64,000 nucleotides of DNA from an uncultured Eubacteriales bacterium (lineage in GTDB: Bacteria; Bacillota; Clostridia; Christensenellales; UBA1242). A program made the translations under genes and the position numbers. The stretch covers positions 833-64,832 of the forward strand of contig CAPERS010000007.1 of NCBI GenBank assembly GCA_948607205.1, given 5' to 3'. The notes beneath the pieces are model-generated. The model was not told the origin of the DNA, did not search any database, and worked only from the letters and a program-made list of their open reading frames with translations. Below, one piece after another: positions 44,120-54,185 of the stretch (position 1 is the first letter of the stretch; every line of letters starts with the position of its first letter).

Positions 44120-46507
44120 TTATTCCCTCCCAAGAGCAGACTTTATCCTTTCCAGTTTGCAGTATAGTTCTGAATTTGTTAATTGATTTTTCTTGTTTTT
44201 GTTGATATATATTGTCAGTTGTTCGTTTTCAGGAATGGTGATAAGACCAAGTTCATCAAAAACTTGCAGTGCTGAATAAAAACTCATAAAACTTACTTTT
44301 TCTTCAATTTGAAGTTTATCATAAAGGTCAAATTCGTTATACAGCGTTTTTCCATTAAACTTTTCAAGTGCTTTGAAAATATGTGCATATGTTTCTCTGT
44401 CAAGGTCGACGCCTGCATATTTTTTCACATCGTTTTTCTTATCGATTGGCACAAAGATTTCAGCCGAGGTGGCTTTTGACAAGACTGAAAGATAACTTTC
44501 ATCAATGACAGGTGATAGAAAGACAATCTTGGTGAAATTTTTTGCCCAGTTAAGACCTTTTGGAGAGATGAGAAGAGAATTGTAGCCAATTTCACTTTCG
44601 TCATTTATTCCAAAATGATAAATGCCCTGAACGTTATAGTTTTTTGCAAAATCGACATAGTCAAAGCAAGAAAAAGTGACAAAGCAAGTGCCAAAAACAG
44701 ATGTCAGTGTTCCACCGACAAATGAAAGAAGTTCACTTTTTGGATAGAGTTTAAATCTAGCGCTTTGGTCTGAATATTTGAGTTGGTCAATTTCGATTGG
44801 GTTAAGTTTTTTATAAGCGTCTTCAGCGATAAAACTTCCCCCATCAAATTCGTCAACAACACCTTTCAAAGCAGAAGTTTTTTCACCCTTTGTTTGTTTT
44901 TGAGAAGATTGCTGGAATTCAAAGATGAAACTTTTTTGCCTTGAAAATGTTATCTTTTTTATATTTTTCAAAATGTTGAAATAGACAAGGTTGAGATTGC
45001 CAATCTTGATTGTTGCATGTTGAGGAAATCTTTTCATAGGAAGGATTTCAACATTGTTCACCGTTATTTTAAACTTTGGAGTTGGATTATCGCAACCGCA
45101 AGGCTCAAGAACTTTAAGTTCTTCAAGAAATTCAGAAGTGATTTCTTCCTCTGAAATTTCTTGGTCATAATAACTTATTGGCATAAACACACTGTCATTG
45201 ATTTTTTCAAGAGCAAACGCATTGACTTTCGAAACAAATTCTTCATATCTATTTCGTTTCAAACTTAATCCTGCTGCCATTGAGTGACCGCCATAAGTTT
45301 CAAGCATATCTTTAAGCGACGAAAGAAGTGCGTGAATGTTTATGTCTTGAATGCTTCTGCCCGAGCCAGATAGGACATCGCCCTCCTGACTGAACAGAAA
45401 AACAGGCTTGTGATATTTGTCAACAAGTCTTGAACAAACAATTCCAAGAACGCCTTTATCCCATTTTTTTGACGCAAGACAGATGACACGCTGAAAACGC
45501 AAGTCTTGCTTTGAAAGCGCACGTTCGCAATCGTCAAGAATGCGATTGCAAATATCCTGCCTTTTAGTGTTGTGGTTTTTGATTTTTTCAATACATTTTT
45601 TTATTTTAACAGGGTCGGTTTCAAAATATAACTTCAAAGAATCTTCGGCGTCGCCCATTCTGCCGGAAGCGTTAAGTTTTGGCCCAATTTTAAAAGAAAT
45701 ATCAGTTGAATTGGGATTTTTCAAATCAATATCATAATCTTTGCAGATTGCTTTCAGTCCGACAGGAAGATATTTTTCCATAAGACCCAGCCCACGAGTG
45801 ACAATTGTTCTGTTTTCGCTTAGAAGTGGCACAATGTCAACAATGGTTGCAATGGCTGCGATTGGAAGATACTTCTCCGCTTTTTCGCGCCCCAAGAGTG
45901 CCTCTGCAACTTTATATGCAACGCCAGTTCCACAAATTTCCTTGAAAGGAAACTCCTGTCCTTCAAGTTTTGCATTGACGACGATTGTTTCAGGAATAAT
46001 TTCTGGTATGTCGTGGTGGTCGGTCACGATAACCTCAACCCCTTTTGAAAGTGCATACTCAACTTCGTCGTGGCATGAAATTCCGCAGTCGACAGTGATG
46101 ATAAGGTTTGGGTCAAACTTATCGATAATCTTATCAATCACAGCGTTCGTCAAGCCATAGCCGTCAACATATCTGTTTGGAAGATAGTGGCTTGCCTTGA
46201 TTCCAAACTCAGAAAGTGCTTTAAGCATGATTGCTGTTGCGCTCACTCCGTCAACATCATAGTCGCCAAAGATAAGCACCCTGTCACCAAGTTCTTTTGC
46301 AATCACAAGTCTGTCGCAAAGTTCTTTCATGCCTTTAAGAAGAAAAGGGTCAGCAAGAACAGTTGGGTTGAGATATTCTGAAATTTCCTCTTCAGTGGAA
46401 ATTCCGCGTGACAAAATAAGCTCCATTATTCTTGGAGATAAATTGAATTTTTGGGCAAAATAAAGGGTTTTATCAGCATCCTTATTAAAAAACTTTCTAA
46501 AAATCAT
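44120..46507 (-). CDS. recJ: single-stranded-DNA-specific exonuclease RecJ
   Basis: DHH motifs (IFGDYDVDGVSA, TVDCGIS, VTDHH) and DHHA1 (GGHSMAAG). Start set at ATG 46507 (MIFRKFF...). The stop abuts the relA ATG (TAAATG). Confidence 0.9.
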   Translation of the reverse strand: MIFRKFFNKDADKTLYFAQKFNLSPRIMELILSRGISTEEEISEYLNPTVLADPFLLKGMKELCDRLVIAKELGDRVLIFGDYDVDGVSATAIMLKALSEFGIKASHYLPNRYVDGYGLTNAVIDKIIDKFDPNLIITVDCGISCHDEVEYALSKGVEVIVTDHHDIPEIIPETIVVNAKLEGQEFPFKEICGTGVAYKVAEALLGREKAEKYLPIAAIATIVDIVPLLSENRTIVTRGLGLMEKYLPVGLKAICKDYDIDLKNPNSTDISFKIGPKLNASGRMGDAEDSLKLYFETDPVKIKKCIEKIKNHNTKRQDICNRILDDCERALSKQDLRFQRVICLASKKWDKGVLGIVCSRLVDKYHKPVFLFSQEGDVLSGSGRSIQDINIHALLSSLKDMLETYGGHSMAAGLSLKRNRYEEFVSKVNAFALEKINDSVFMPISYYDQEISEEEITSEFLEELKVLEPCGCDNPTPKFKITVNNVEILPMKRFPQHATIKIGNLNLVYFNILKNIKKITFSRQKSFIFEFQQSSQKQTKGEKTSALKGVVDEFDGGSFIAEDAYKKLNPIEIDQLKYSDQSARFKLYPKSELLSFVGGTLTSVFGTCFVTFSCFDYVDFAKNYNVQGIYHFGINDESEIGYNSLLISPKGLNWAKNFTKIVFLSPVIDESYLSVLSKATSAEIFVPIDKKNDVKKYAGVDLDRETYAHIFKALEKFNGKTLYNEFDLYDKLQIEEKVSFMSFYSALQVFDELGLITIPENEQLTIYINKNKKNQLTNSELYCKLERIKSALGRE

Positions 46508-46662
46508 ATAAACTTCTCTTAGTTTAATTATATAAATAATAAATAAAATAGGCAAGCGAAAAACAAAAAAAATATGGCTAAATGCCATACTTTTTTTAAT
46601 TTTAATATTTTTTCTCTTTAAAATTTTAAAAATATCATTTTATAAAAAACAACTTTTAGTCA

Positions 46663-47361
46663 TTATTTATTATAAATTATTCGTCTGCAATGCTCGCAAG
46701 TTATATGACCTTCGTCTTTAATTTTTGAAATATTAACGGCAGGAAGTTCCATGTGGCAATATCCACAAAGGTTACTGCTGAGCGGAACAAAAACAGGAAA
46801 GATATTGTCATTTCTGCGTTTTTTATACTGCTCAACAACTTTCGCGTCTAGGCTTTTTTCAAGGCTTTCAAGTTTTTTTCTTAGTTCTGTCATTTGTGGC
46901 TCAATTGCCTTTGCCTCATTGTCATAGGCGTCTTTTGCTTTTGAATAGTTTTCTTTTGCGCTTGCAAAAATCTTTCTTGTTTTGTTAAAATCGGCAAGCA
47001 CGGCATTAACATTTTCGGCAAGTTTGGTCATATTTTTATCCAAGATGACGAGGTTTTGAGCAAGTTTATCTTTCAGTGAAATCAATTGTTCAACTTCGTC
47101 TTTGCTTAATTTGTCAACATCTTTTGCAAAAATTTCTTTCATTTTTGCCGATTGGATTTCATATTGCTTTTGAACTGTTTCAATCTCTTTGACAAGGCTT
47201 TCTGCACGATTTTCAAGTTGGCTTGAACGTTCTTGTGCTTTCTTTGCTGAATCTTGAAGTGAAAAAGCAAGTTTTTTGTTTTGATTTTCTTTAAGCGATT
47301 TTTCAAGTTTGAAAAGTTCGCTGTCAAGTTTCTGATAGTCTAAAATCTTTGTTATATCCAT
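46663..47361 (-). CDS. COG1579-type coiled-coil protein with C-terminal zinc ribbon
   Basis: Long coiled coil followed by CGYCHMELP...CEHCRRIIY. Start at ATG 47361, behind AAGGAG. Confidence 0.7.
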   Translation of the reverse strand: MDITKILDYQKLDSELFKLEKSLKENQNKKLAFSLQDSAKKAQERSSQLENRAESLVKEIETVQKQYEIQSAKMKEIFAKDVDKLSKDEVEQLISLKDKLAQNLVILDKNMTKLAENVNAVLADFNKTRKIFASAKENYSKAKDAYDNEAKAIEPQMTELRKKLESLEKSLDAKVVEQYKKRRNDNIFPVFVPLSSNLCGYCHMELPAVNISKIKDEGHITCEHCRRIIYNK

Positions 47362-47416
47362 TTTTATCTCCTTAGGTATGCGCACCTATGCATACATTAT
47401 CACATTTTTAAAAAAT

Positions 47417-48472
47417 TTAGTCAATGAAATCCAAAAGTTTTTTGCTTCTGTTTGGATGTTTAAGTTTTCTTAAAGCTTTTGCTTCGATTTGGCGAATTCT
47501 TTCTCTTGTCACGCTGAATTCCTTGCCAACTTCTTCAAGTGTTTTTGCTTTGCCGTCCATAAGACCATAGCGTTCACGAATGACTTGTTGCTCGCGTGGA
47601 GTGAGCGTGTCAATAACTGCAAGAAGTTGTTCACGAAGAAGATTTTGCGATGCAACTTCCATTGGGCTTTTTGCTGACTCGTCTTCAATGAAGTCAGACA
47701 TTTTGCTGTCATCCTCTTCACCCACAGGTGTTTCAAGCGAAACTGGGTCAAGCGCGCTTTTTTGAATTTCAACAACCTTGCTTTCGCTTATACCCATCGC
47801 CTCAGCAATTTCTTCAAGGCTTGGCTCATGAGAAAGTTTTTGTGTGAGTTGGCGCACTGTTCTTCCATAGCGGTTGATTGTTTCCACCATGTGAACAGGC
47901 AAACGAATTGTTCTTGACTGGTCTGCGATTGCGCGAGTTATTGCCTGCTTAATCCACCAAGTTGCATAAGTTGAGAAACGGAAACCTTTTGTGTAGTCAA
48001 ATTTTTCAACTGCTTTGAGAAGACCCATGTTCCCCTCTTGAATAAGGTCAAGAAAAGAAAGTGAGTTTGTTGTTGCCCAACGTTTTGCGATGGAAACAAC
48101 AAGTCTGAGATTGGCTTTGCAGAGCCTTGCCTTTGCCTCTTCGTCACCTTCAAGAATCTTTTTTGCAAGTTCAATTTCTTCATCTGGTGAAAGAAGTGGA
48201 ACTTTTCCGATATCTTTCAAATACATTTTGACAGGGTCGTCAACGCTTGCAAATGGCAAAGATATGTCATCTTTAAGTTCGTCATCTCCATCGCCTGTTG
48301 GCTTGATAATTTTCACGCCATGCTTTTCAAGTTTTTTCAAAAATTTCTGAATGTCCTGTGCAGAAACTTCATACTTGAGAAGTCTGAAATATACATCCTC
48401 TTCGTTTACCGCACCTTTTTTAACAGCGATATCGAAGATTTTTTTCATCTCCTGTTCAATTTTATTTTCCAT
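47417..48472 (-). CDS. rpoD: RNA polymerase primary sigma factor
   Basis: Region 2 ([16 protein letters not shown]) and region 4.2 ([27 protein letters not shown]). dnaG-rpoD operon. Confidence 0.95.
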   Translation of the reverse strand: MENKIEQEMKKIFDIAVKKGAVNEEDVYFRLLKYEVSAQDIQKFLKKLEKHGVKIIKPTGDGDDELKDDISLPFASVDDPVKMYLKDIGKVPLLSPDEEIELAKKILEGDEEAKARLCKANLRLVVSIAKRWATTNSLSFLDLIQEGNMGLLKAVEKFDYTKGFRFSTYATWWIKQAITRAIADQSRTIRLPVHMVETINRYGRTVRQLTQKLSHEPSLEEIAEAMGISESKVVEIQKSALDPVSLETPVGEEDDSKMSDFIEDESAKSPMEVASQNLLREQLLAVIDTLTPREQQVIRERYGLMDGKAKTLEEVGKEFSVTRERIRQIEAKALRKLKHPNRSKKLLDFID

Positions 48473-50255
48473 AGAATTCCTCCAAACTTTTTTCTCTTAA
48501 CTCTTTTGCAACTTGTGTCAGTTGACCGATAATCTCCCTTCTTTTTTCAATACTTTCACAAGTTTTAAATTCATCGTTCAGCCTCGACTGCTTGTCCTTC
48601 AAAATATTGTCAGCAAGAAGCCAAACGCACTCATCAAAATATATTTTTGCGATATTTTCAAATTCAGAAAAATCAAAAACAAGACAATCTTTCAAAATTT
48701 GATTATTATCAACATCAAATGCGTCAAAATAACTTGATATACTTAAGCCCTCTTCCGCTTTTTCAATTATGCTTGAAAAATTTGGCAAAAGTTTTTTATA
48801 GTCTATTCTTCCATCCACATAACTTTTTCTGTGAATAAGCGAAGAAAGCACAAACTTCACAGCCCTAATATTCCCATTTTGCCTTGATGTTAAAACATTA
48901 TCCTTCTCCTTTTCTTGAGAAGTTTGCGCAAGTTTATCCTCTTTTGCAACCCTTCCAAAAAGCACGCCAAGGTCACGTCTTAAAACATCGATTGGCACAC
49001 CTGTCATGTCGCGAAGTTTTGCCAGATAGCCTTCAGCCTCGGCCAGTGAGTCCAGTTTTCTCAGCACTGAAAGTGCTTCTTTGATGAAACTACCCTTTTG
49101 GTCAGGCTTTGACAAATCATATTTTTCCTTGGTTACTTCCAAGAGATAGTCAGTCACTGGCAAAGCGTTATCAATCAGCGACTGCATAAAGTCCTTGCCT
49201 TTTGCCTTCAAGATTTCGTCAGGGTCTTTCTTTTCAGGCAGACGAACAATTGATGTTGAAAAGCCTTCCTCTTTCAAAATTTCAATGCTCCGAACTGTCG
49301 CCTTAATTCCCGCCTCATCGCCGTCGAAGCATAGAACAATGTTGTTTGAAAGTTTTTTGAGTTCATGCGCGTTCTCTTTGGTCAGTGCCGTGCCCATGCA
49401 AGCGACAGTGCTTTTGAAGCCCGCCCTATGCATCGCGATAACATCAATTTGACCTTCAACAATGATAATCTTTTCAAGTCCGCCCTGCTTTTTGAGACGC
49501 TTTAGAAGATTGATTCCAAACACAACTCTTCCTTTTTGAAAAACAATTGTTTCTGCTGTGTTTTTGTATTTTGCGAAATCGGTTTTTCCCAGAACTCGAG
49601 CGCTGAAACCAATGCACTCGTCAAAGGAATTGAAAATTGGAAAGACCAGTCTTTCAGCCATTGCATCAAAATACCTTCCATTCTTGCTTTGGCACACGCC
49701 TGCGTCAGTCATTTCTTTGTAAGTGAATCCTTGTTTTCTGAGATAGTCAACGATATCTGTCCAATTGAGTGAATAGCCAAGTTGGAAGTCTTCAAGTTCA
49801 CGTCTTGTGAATCCTCTGAGTTTTATGTATTCTTGTGCAGGCTTTGCATCAGGCAAATACAAGTTTTCACGATAGTGCTTGTATGTCGCATCCAAAAGTT
49901 TTAGAATTCTATCCTTTGCTTTTTTCTTTTCAACAACGTCTTTATCACCAGAAAATTCAGGAACTTCCATATGTGCAAGATTGGCAAGAATTTTTATTGC
50001 ATCTGAAAAATCACATGACTCCATTTTTTGAACAAAAGAGATGACGTCGCCACTTTCCTTGCAACCAAAGCAATAGAAAAGCCCCTCCTCTTCACTTACC
50101 GAAAAAGAAGGTGTCTTTTCATTGTGAAAAGGACAACACCCCCAAAACTTTCTGCCTTTTTTGTCTAAGCGAATATAACGACTTATAACTGAAACAATGT
50201 CATTTTTCTGTTTAAGTTCATAAAGCCACTCGCTTGGATAACCACGACTATTCAA
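48462..50255 (-). CDS. dnaG: DNA primase
   Basis: CHC2 zinc finger ([14 protein letters not shown]...CFGC) and TOPRIM ([15 protein letters not shown]). TTG start behind AGAGAGG. Confidence 0.95.
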   Translation of the reverse strand: MNSRGYPSEWLYELKQKNDIVSVISRYIRLDKKGRKFWGCCPFHNEKTPSFSVSEEEGLFYCFGCKESGDVISFVQKMESCDFSDAIKILANLAHMEVPEFSGDKDVVEKKKAKDRILKLLDATYKHYRENLYLPDAKPAQEYIKLRGFTRRELEDFQLGYSLNWTDIVDYLRKQGFTYKEMTDAGVCQSKNGRYFDAMAERLVFPIFNSFDECIGFSARVLGKTDFAKYKNTAETIVFQKGRVVFGINLLKRLKKQGGLEKIIIVEGQIDVIAMHRAGFKSTVACMGTALTKENAHELKKLSNNIVLCFDGDEAGIKATVRSIEILKEEGFSTSIVRLPEKKDPDEILKAKGKDFMQSLIDNALPVTDYLLEVTKEKYDLSKPDQKGSFIKEALSVLRKLDSLAEAEGYLAKLRDMTGVPIDVLRRDLGVLFGRVAKEDKLAQTSQEKEKDNVLTSRQNGNIRAVKFVLSSLIHRKSYVDGRIDYKKLLPNFSSIIEKAEEGLSISSYFDAFDVDNNQILKDCLVFDFSEFENIAKIYFDECVWLLADNILKDKQSRLNDEFKTCESIEKRREIIGQLTQVAKELREKSLEEFYGK

Positions 50256-50487
50256 ATATTACCTCTCTCGTAAAAATAGCACTTTATGATTTTATTATAC
50301 AATAAATATTTTAAATTTCCTCTTTTTTTTGTAAAAAAAATTAACTTTGATTATTTTTTTATAATTTTCCTTGCAAACGTTAACATTTTTCGCATTCGAC
50401 AGATAGAAAAGGTGCATTCAAGCACAACATTACGCCGATTTTTAATTGAATTTATTTTATTTCAATTTTATAGATAATTTTAAACTT

Positions 50488-50634
50488 ACTCTTTATCCGT
50501 TAAAAAGTGCTTAAAGCACACAGCATTATGCTGATTTTTTAATAAAATATGTTATGTTAATTTTTCTATCTCAAAGTTATACTCTTTATCCGTTAAAAAG
50601 TGCTTAAAGCACAAAAAGGTGCCGATTAAGCACC
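50488..50634. repeat. direct repeat copy A (downstream flank of the two-gene cassette), containing two 33-bp units
   Basis: 50499-50617 is identical to 51303-51421 by manual alignment. The 33-bp unit ACTCTTTATCCGTTAAAAAGTGCTTAAAGCACA occurs at 50488-50520 and 50581-50613. Hairpins GTGCTTAAAGCAC, CAGCATTATGCTG and GGTGCCGATTAAGCACC are present. Confidence 0.85.
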
Positions 50635-50711
50635 TAAGTTAATTCAAAACAACAAAAATTTAAGTCAAATAATTTTTATCTTTCAATTTTTTCAATGGTA
50701 TTTTAAGATTA

Positions 50712-50906
50712 TTAGTTATCGCATCCGCACATATCGTGACAGCCACACACCTCTACCATATTACCATTTTCATTGTAATAGAAATATCCATTAACACTCA
50801 AAGACATATTTTCTGCTGGTCGAACTATTTCAACCCCTTTTTCTTTTGTTTCTTGGTTTTCTTCTTTATTTGCGCCTTTCAAAATTGACAAATCTTTTTC
50901 TGTCAT
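50712..50906 (-). CDS. small Cys-rich protein (64 aa) ending in VCGCHDMCGCDN
   Basis: AGGAGG RBS 6 nt upstream of the ATG. Followed by a GGTGC...GCACC hairpin and a T-run. No family recognised. Confidence 0.6.
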   Translation of the reverse strand: MTEKDLSILKGANKEENQETKEKGVEIVRPAENMSLSVNGYFYYNENGNMVEVCGCHDMCGCDN

Positions 50907-50927
50907 ACGTTACCTCCTAAAAATATA

Positions 50928-51239
50928 TTAGCCTAAATTTATCTCTTCATCTTTACTGTTGTTATTGCCGTGATTGATATGGTTTACAAGTTTTTCCGCT
51001 TCATCAAATTCTCTACTGCTTTTAAGCAACTTTTCAGAATATTTTTCCACCTTTTTGCTTGCTCTTTTAAGCATTTTTTTAGCCTTTTTTACTTCGTCAT
51101 CACAGTAGTAATCGGAATAATCGTCATAACCAAAATTGTCGAGTTTCGCTGACTCAGGAAAATTGTCAGAAGAATTATCAAACCCCTCCTGATATTCTTT
51201 ATATACTTGTAACATTTTTTCTTCGATTTCTTGACTCAT
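50928..51239 (-). CDS. hypothetical protein (103 aa; acidic Tyr/Asp-rich N-terminal half, basic helical C-terminal half)
   Basis: Start at ATG 51239, behind AGGAGGG. The track's TTG 51284 is actually the TTGACA -35 box. Confidence 0.6.
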   Translation of the reverse strand: MSQEIEEKMLQVYKEYQEGFDNSSDNFPESAKLDNFGYDDYSDYYCDDEVKKAKKMLKRASKKVEKYSEKLLKSSREFDEAEKLVNHINHGNNNSKDEEINLG

Positions 51240-51258
51240 AACTTCCCTCCTAATTTTC

Positions 51259-51284
51259 ATTATACACGGGGGGGATTTTGTCAA
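51259..51284 (-). promoter_or_regulatory. promoter-like TTGACA/TATAAT pair with a C7 tract and only a 14-nt spacer
   Basis: Minus strand reads TTGACA (51284-51279), AAATCCCCCCCGTG (C7 is the complement of 51268-51274), then TATAAT (51264-51259), 19 nt before the ATG. Confidence 0.4.
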
Positions 51285-51302
51285 GAGTTTTTTTCAAAAA
51301 AA

Positions 51303-51438
51303 GTTAAAAAGTGCTTAAAGCACACAGCATTATGCTGATTTTTTAATAAAATATGTTATGTTAATTTTTCTATCTCAAAGTTATACTCTTTATCCGTTAA
51401 AAAGTGCTTAAAGCACAAAAAAGGTGCTTATTAAGCAC
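51303..51438. repeat. direct repeat copy B (upstream flank of the cassette); also carries the yunB terminator hairpins
   Basis: 51303-51421 is identical to 50499-50617. There is then a 1-nt A-run difference, followed by the related hairpin GGTGCTTATTAAGCAC. The first 33-bp unit is truncated (only its last 22 nt, starting at GTTAAAAAG, remain). Confidence 0.85.
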
Positions 51439-51488
51439 TCATTTTTAATATTTTCAAAATATGGCAAAAAGTCTAATTAGTTCGGTTC

Positions 51489-52169
51489 TTATCCGTTTGA
51501 AGTGATAAGTCCACCATTTAGATAAATCTCTGGCACTTTGCCGACAATCACGCTTTCGGCAAGCACAACATCAAGGTTTGTCACAAAATTTGAACTTAGC
51601 GCTGGAAGAACCATGCCAATATTGGCAGTGATGTCAAAATATATCTTATGCACTGTCTGATTTATCCCTGCTGACATAAATTCTGAGGTTATCTTTGTGT
51701 TAATCGTTCCGATTGGCACGAGCTGAATTGGCACAAGTGGTCCAATTCCGAAAAGAAATGGAATACCAGTGAATGTTCCAAGTGCAACATCAATCCCCTC
51801 AACAATAAGACCGTCAAGTCGCGACTGCACCATTTCGGTTATCTTTCGAATAATGATGTTTATCTTAACCGAGTTTGTTTCAATGGCTTTAATTTCATTT
51901 GCATCATCATAGGAAATCTTGACAATCTCATCATAAGTGACATTATCATTGACCAAAACCTCAGCCACTGAATCACTCATAACTCGTGTTGAAAGTGAGC
52001 GAATTCGCTCTTCACTTAAAGTTACAATGATTGGACAAATGACTTTGATATAATAAAAAACAAAAAGCGCAAAAAGAGCCAAAATCACACACAATGCAAT
52101 CTTGAACTTGGTTTTACTTTTCATTCCCTTCTTTTTTATTTTATATTTTCGGCAACAATCATTTTGCAT
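51489..52169 (-). CDS. yunB: sporulation protein YunB-like
   Basis: N-terminal TM segment followed by a soluble domain resembling YunB (…VTYDEIVKISYDDANEIKAIETNSVKINII…VLAESVIVGKVPEIY). Sporulation gene neighbourhood. The start is uncertain (ATG 52169 or ATG 52124). Confidence 0.6.
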   Translation of the reverse strand: MQNDCCRKYKIKKKGMKSKTKFKIALCVILALFALFVFYYIKVICPIIVTLSEERIRSLSTRVMSDSVAEVLVNDNVTYDEIVKISYDDANEIKAIETNSVKINIIIRKITEMVQSRLDGLIVEGIDVALGTFTGIPFLFGIGPLVPIQLVPIGTINTKITSEFMSAGINQTVHKIYFDITANIGMVLPALSSNFVTNLDVVLAESVIVGKVPEIYLNGGLITSNG

Positions 52170-52284
52170 ATTTATATATATGTCGAAGATGAAAGAATTT
52201 TGATAGTTTTTGCAATAATCAACATATTGTATGAATTATGTATTGCATAACACAACTATTTGTATTATGCGACGCATACTAGCG

Positions 52285-52641
52285 TTATTTTTTCGTTTTC
52301 GATTTAAAGATAAGACCAAATATGAAAGCAAAGACAACGGCTGCTGCAATGCCACCTGCCGTGGCTTCAAGTCCGCCTGTGAAGGCGCCGATAAGACCTT
52401 TTGCCTTTACTGCCCCAATTGCACCTTTGGCAAGTGACGCACCAAAACCAACGATTGGAACATTTATTCCTGCACGCGCAAACTCTGAAATATAATCAAA
52501 AAGACCAAATGCTTCAAGCGCAACTCCAACCAAAACAAAAGTCACAAGTATGCGCGCTGAGGTGATATTAGTTTTAATAATCAGCACCTGACCTAACATA
52601 CAGACAAAACCGCCAATCAAGAAAACCCAAAGATAATACAT
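52285..52641 (-). CDS. spoVAE: stage V sporulation protein AE (SpoVAEb-type)
   Basis: 118-aa polytopic membrane protein (GINVPIVGFGASLAKG). Follows spoVAD. Confidence 0.85.
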   Translation of the reverse strand: MYYLWVFLIGGFVCMLGQVLIIKTNITSARILVTFVLVGVALEAFGLFDYISEFARAGINVPIVGFGASLAKGAIGAVKAKGLIGAFTGGLEATAGGIAAAVVFAFIFGLIFKSKTKK

Positions 52642-52643
52642 GC

Positions 52644-53648
52644 TTAATCCTCCCCTCGTTCAATCACAACGGCATGACAAATTCCAGGTATAGTTTCGCC
52701 TTGCTGTGCTGCCGTTGTTGACATTAATGCACCAGTTGGCATAAAGAGCACCTTTTTATATTTGCCGTCTTGAAGTTTTTTCATAATGAAAGAATTTAGA
52801 ACGGTTGCACAACATCCGCAACCACTTCCACCTGAAAGTGCAGATTGCTCGCGAGTGAAATACATTTGACCGCAATCATTATAGTTCAGCCCAAGTTTAA
52901 TGCCTTGGTCTTCCATAAGGTCAATAAGAATTTCACTGCCAAGTTTACCAAGGTCACCAGTGACAATAAGGTCATAGTCATCCGGCGTGGTCTTTGTGTC
53001 ACGGAAGTGTGTAAGCATGGTGTCCATGGCAGCAGGAGCCATAACAGCGCCCATATCATTCACATCATTTATTCCCCAGTCAATAACCTTGCCAAATGTT
53101 GCACTGGTCACAACAGGACCTTTGCCACTTTGAGCAAGCACACATGAGCCAGCACCCGTCACCGTCCACTGAGATGTTGGAGGCCTTTGATTGCCAAGTT
53201 CCAATGGAAAACGAAATTGGCGTTCAGCAGTTGAGAAATGAGATGCGGTTGAGCAAACCACATTGTTAAAAAGTCCACCATTGACAAGCGAAGCACCAAC
53301 AGCAATACTTTCAGCCATGGTGGAACAAGCGCCAAAAAGGCCAAGATAGGCGCAACTGAAATCACGCGCAGCGTAGGACGAAGAAATGATTTGATTCAAA
53401 AGGTCACCAGCAAGCAAAAGGTCAACATCACTGGTTTTCAAATGCGCTTTTTCAATCGCACCAATGATTGCATGCTGAATCATCTTCTTTTCGGCCTGCT
53501 CATAGGTTTTTTCGCCAAAGCGGTCGTCTTGCATGATGTAATCAAAATAGTTTTTAAAGTTCCCCTGTCCTTCTTTTGGTCCAACGATAGAATAACTGCC
53601 AATAATGACAGGTCTGTTTTTAAACTTAACAGTTTGAATTTTCGCCAT
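52644..53648 (-). CDS. spoVAD: stage V sporulation protein AD
   Basis: Thiolase-like fold. N-terminus FKNRPVIIGSYSIVGPKEGQG..FD is typical of SpoVAD. Start set at ATG 53648, behind AGGAGA. Confidence 0.9.
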   Translation of the reverse strand: MAKIQTVKFKNRPVIIGSYSIVGPKEGQGNFKNYFDYIMQDDRFGEKTYEQAEKKMIQHAIIGAIEKAHLKTSDVDLLLAGDLLNQIISSSYAARDFSCAYLGLFGACSTMAESIAVGASLVNGGLFNNVVCSTASHFSTAERQFRFPLELGNQRPPTSQWTVTGAGSCVLAQSGKGPVVTSATFGKVIDWGINDVNDMGAVMAPAAMDTMLTHFRDTKTTPDDYDLIVTGDLGKLGSEILIDLMEDQGIKLGLNYNDCGQMYFTREQSALSGGSGCGCCATVLNSFIMKKLQDGKYKKVLFMPTGALMSTTAAQQGETIPGICHAVVIERGED

Positions 53649-53738
53649 ACATTCTCCTATTTTTGATAAAGGATTATTGACAAGTTTTTCACAATTAAAC
53701 ATTGATAAAAGAAAAAATGTGAGTCTTTCTCACACCTT

Positions 53739-54185
53739 TTATATAAATAAATAGATTATTCCCACCAAGACGCTGGCAACAACGCCACTGACAATAACAG
53801 GCCCTGCGATTGTGAACATTTTGACGCAAAGTCCATAGATAATACCCTCATGCTTAAATTCAAGCGCTGGACTTGTGATGGAGTTTGAAAAGCCAGTGAT
53901 TGGCACGATTGAGCCACCGCCTGCAAACTTTCCAATTTTGTCATAGACGCCTATTCCGGTGAGGAATGATGCCAAAAAGATGAGGATTATAAGCGTATAT
54001 CCCCAAGCGGTTTGCTGAGCCATGTTTGGAAACCACAAAAGAATAAGGTCATTTATCCCCTGACCCAAGCAACAGATAATCCCGCCAACCAAAAATGAAT
54101 TGAAAAGCGTTGGCCAAGGTCTTGTTTTGGGTATTTTTGCCTTGACATATTGATTGTAAGCTTCGTTTCTTTGTTTAGCGTCCAT
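53739..54185 (-). CDS. spoVAC: stage V sporulation protein AC
   Basis: 148-aa membrane protein. The YV....P...........FLVGG.IC..GQ pattern and GGGSIVPITGF motif are present. Confidence 0.9.
   Translation of the reverse strand: MDAKQRNEAYNQYVKAKIPKTRPWPTLFNSFLVGGIICCLGQGINDLILLWFPNMAQQTAWGYTLIILIFLASFLTGIGVYDKIGKFAGGGSIVPITGFSNSITSPALEFKHEGIIYGLCVKMFTIAGPVIVSGVVASVLVGIIYLFI

Noticed and set aside
50488-50613. Possible CRISPR array (33-bp repeat, 60-bp spacer)
   Set aside because: There are only two units per locus. The 'spacer' is identical in both copies (50521-50580 = 51325-51384). The repeats are terminator-like palindromes followed by T-runs. No cas genes or leader are present. It is better explained as a duplicated intergenic segment.
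50499-51438. Integron-type gene cassette with attC sites
   Set aside because: No intI gene or attI site is adjacent. The cassette carries its own promoter-like hexamers. The flanks are long near-identical direct repeats, not imperfect attC palindromes of differing sequence.
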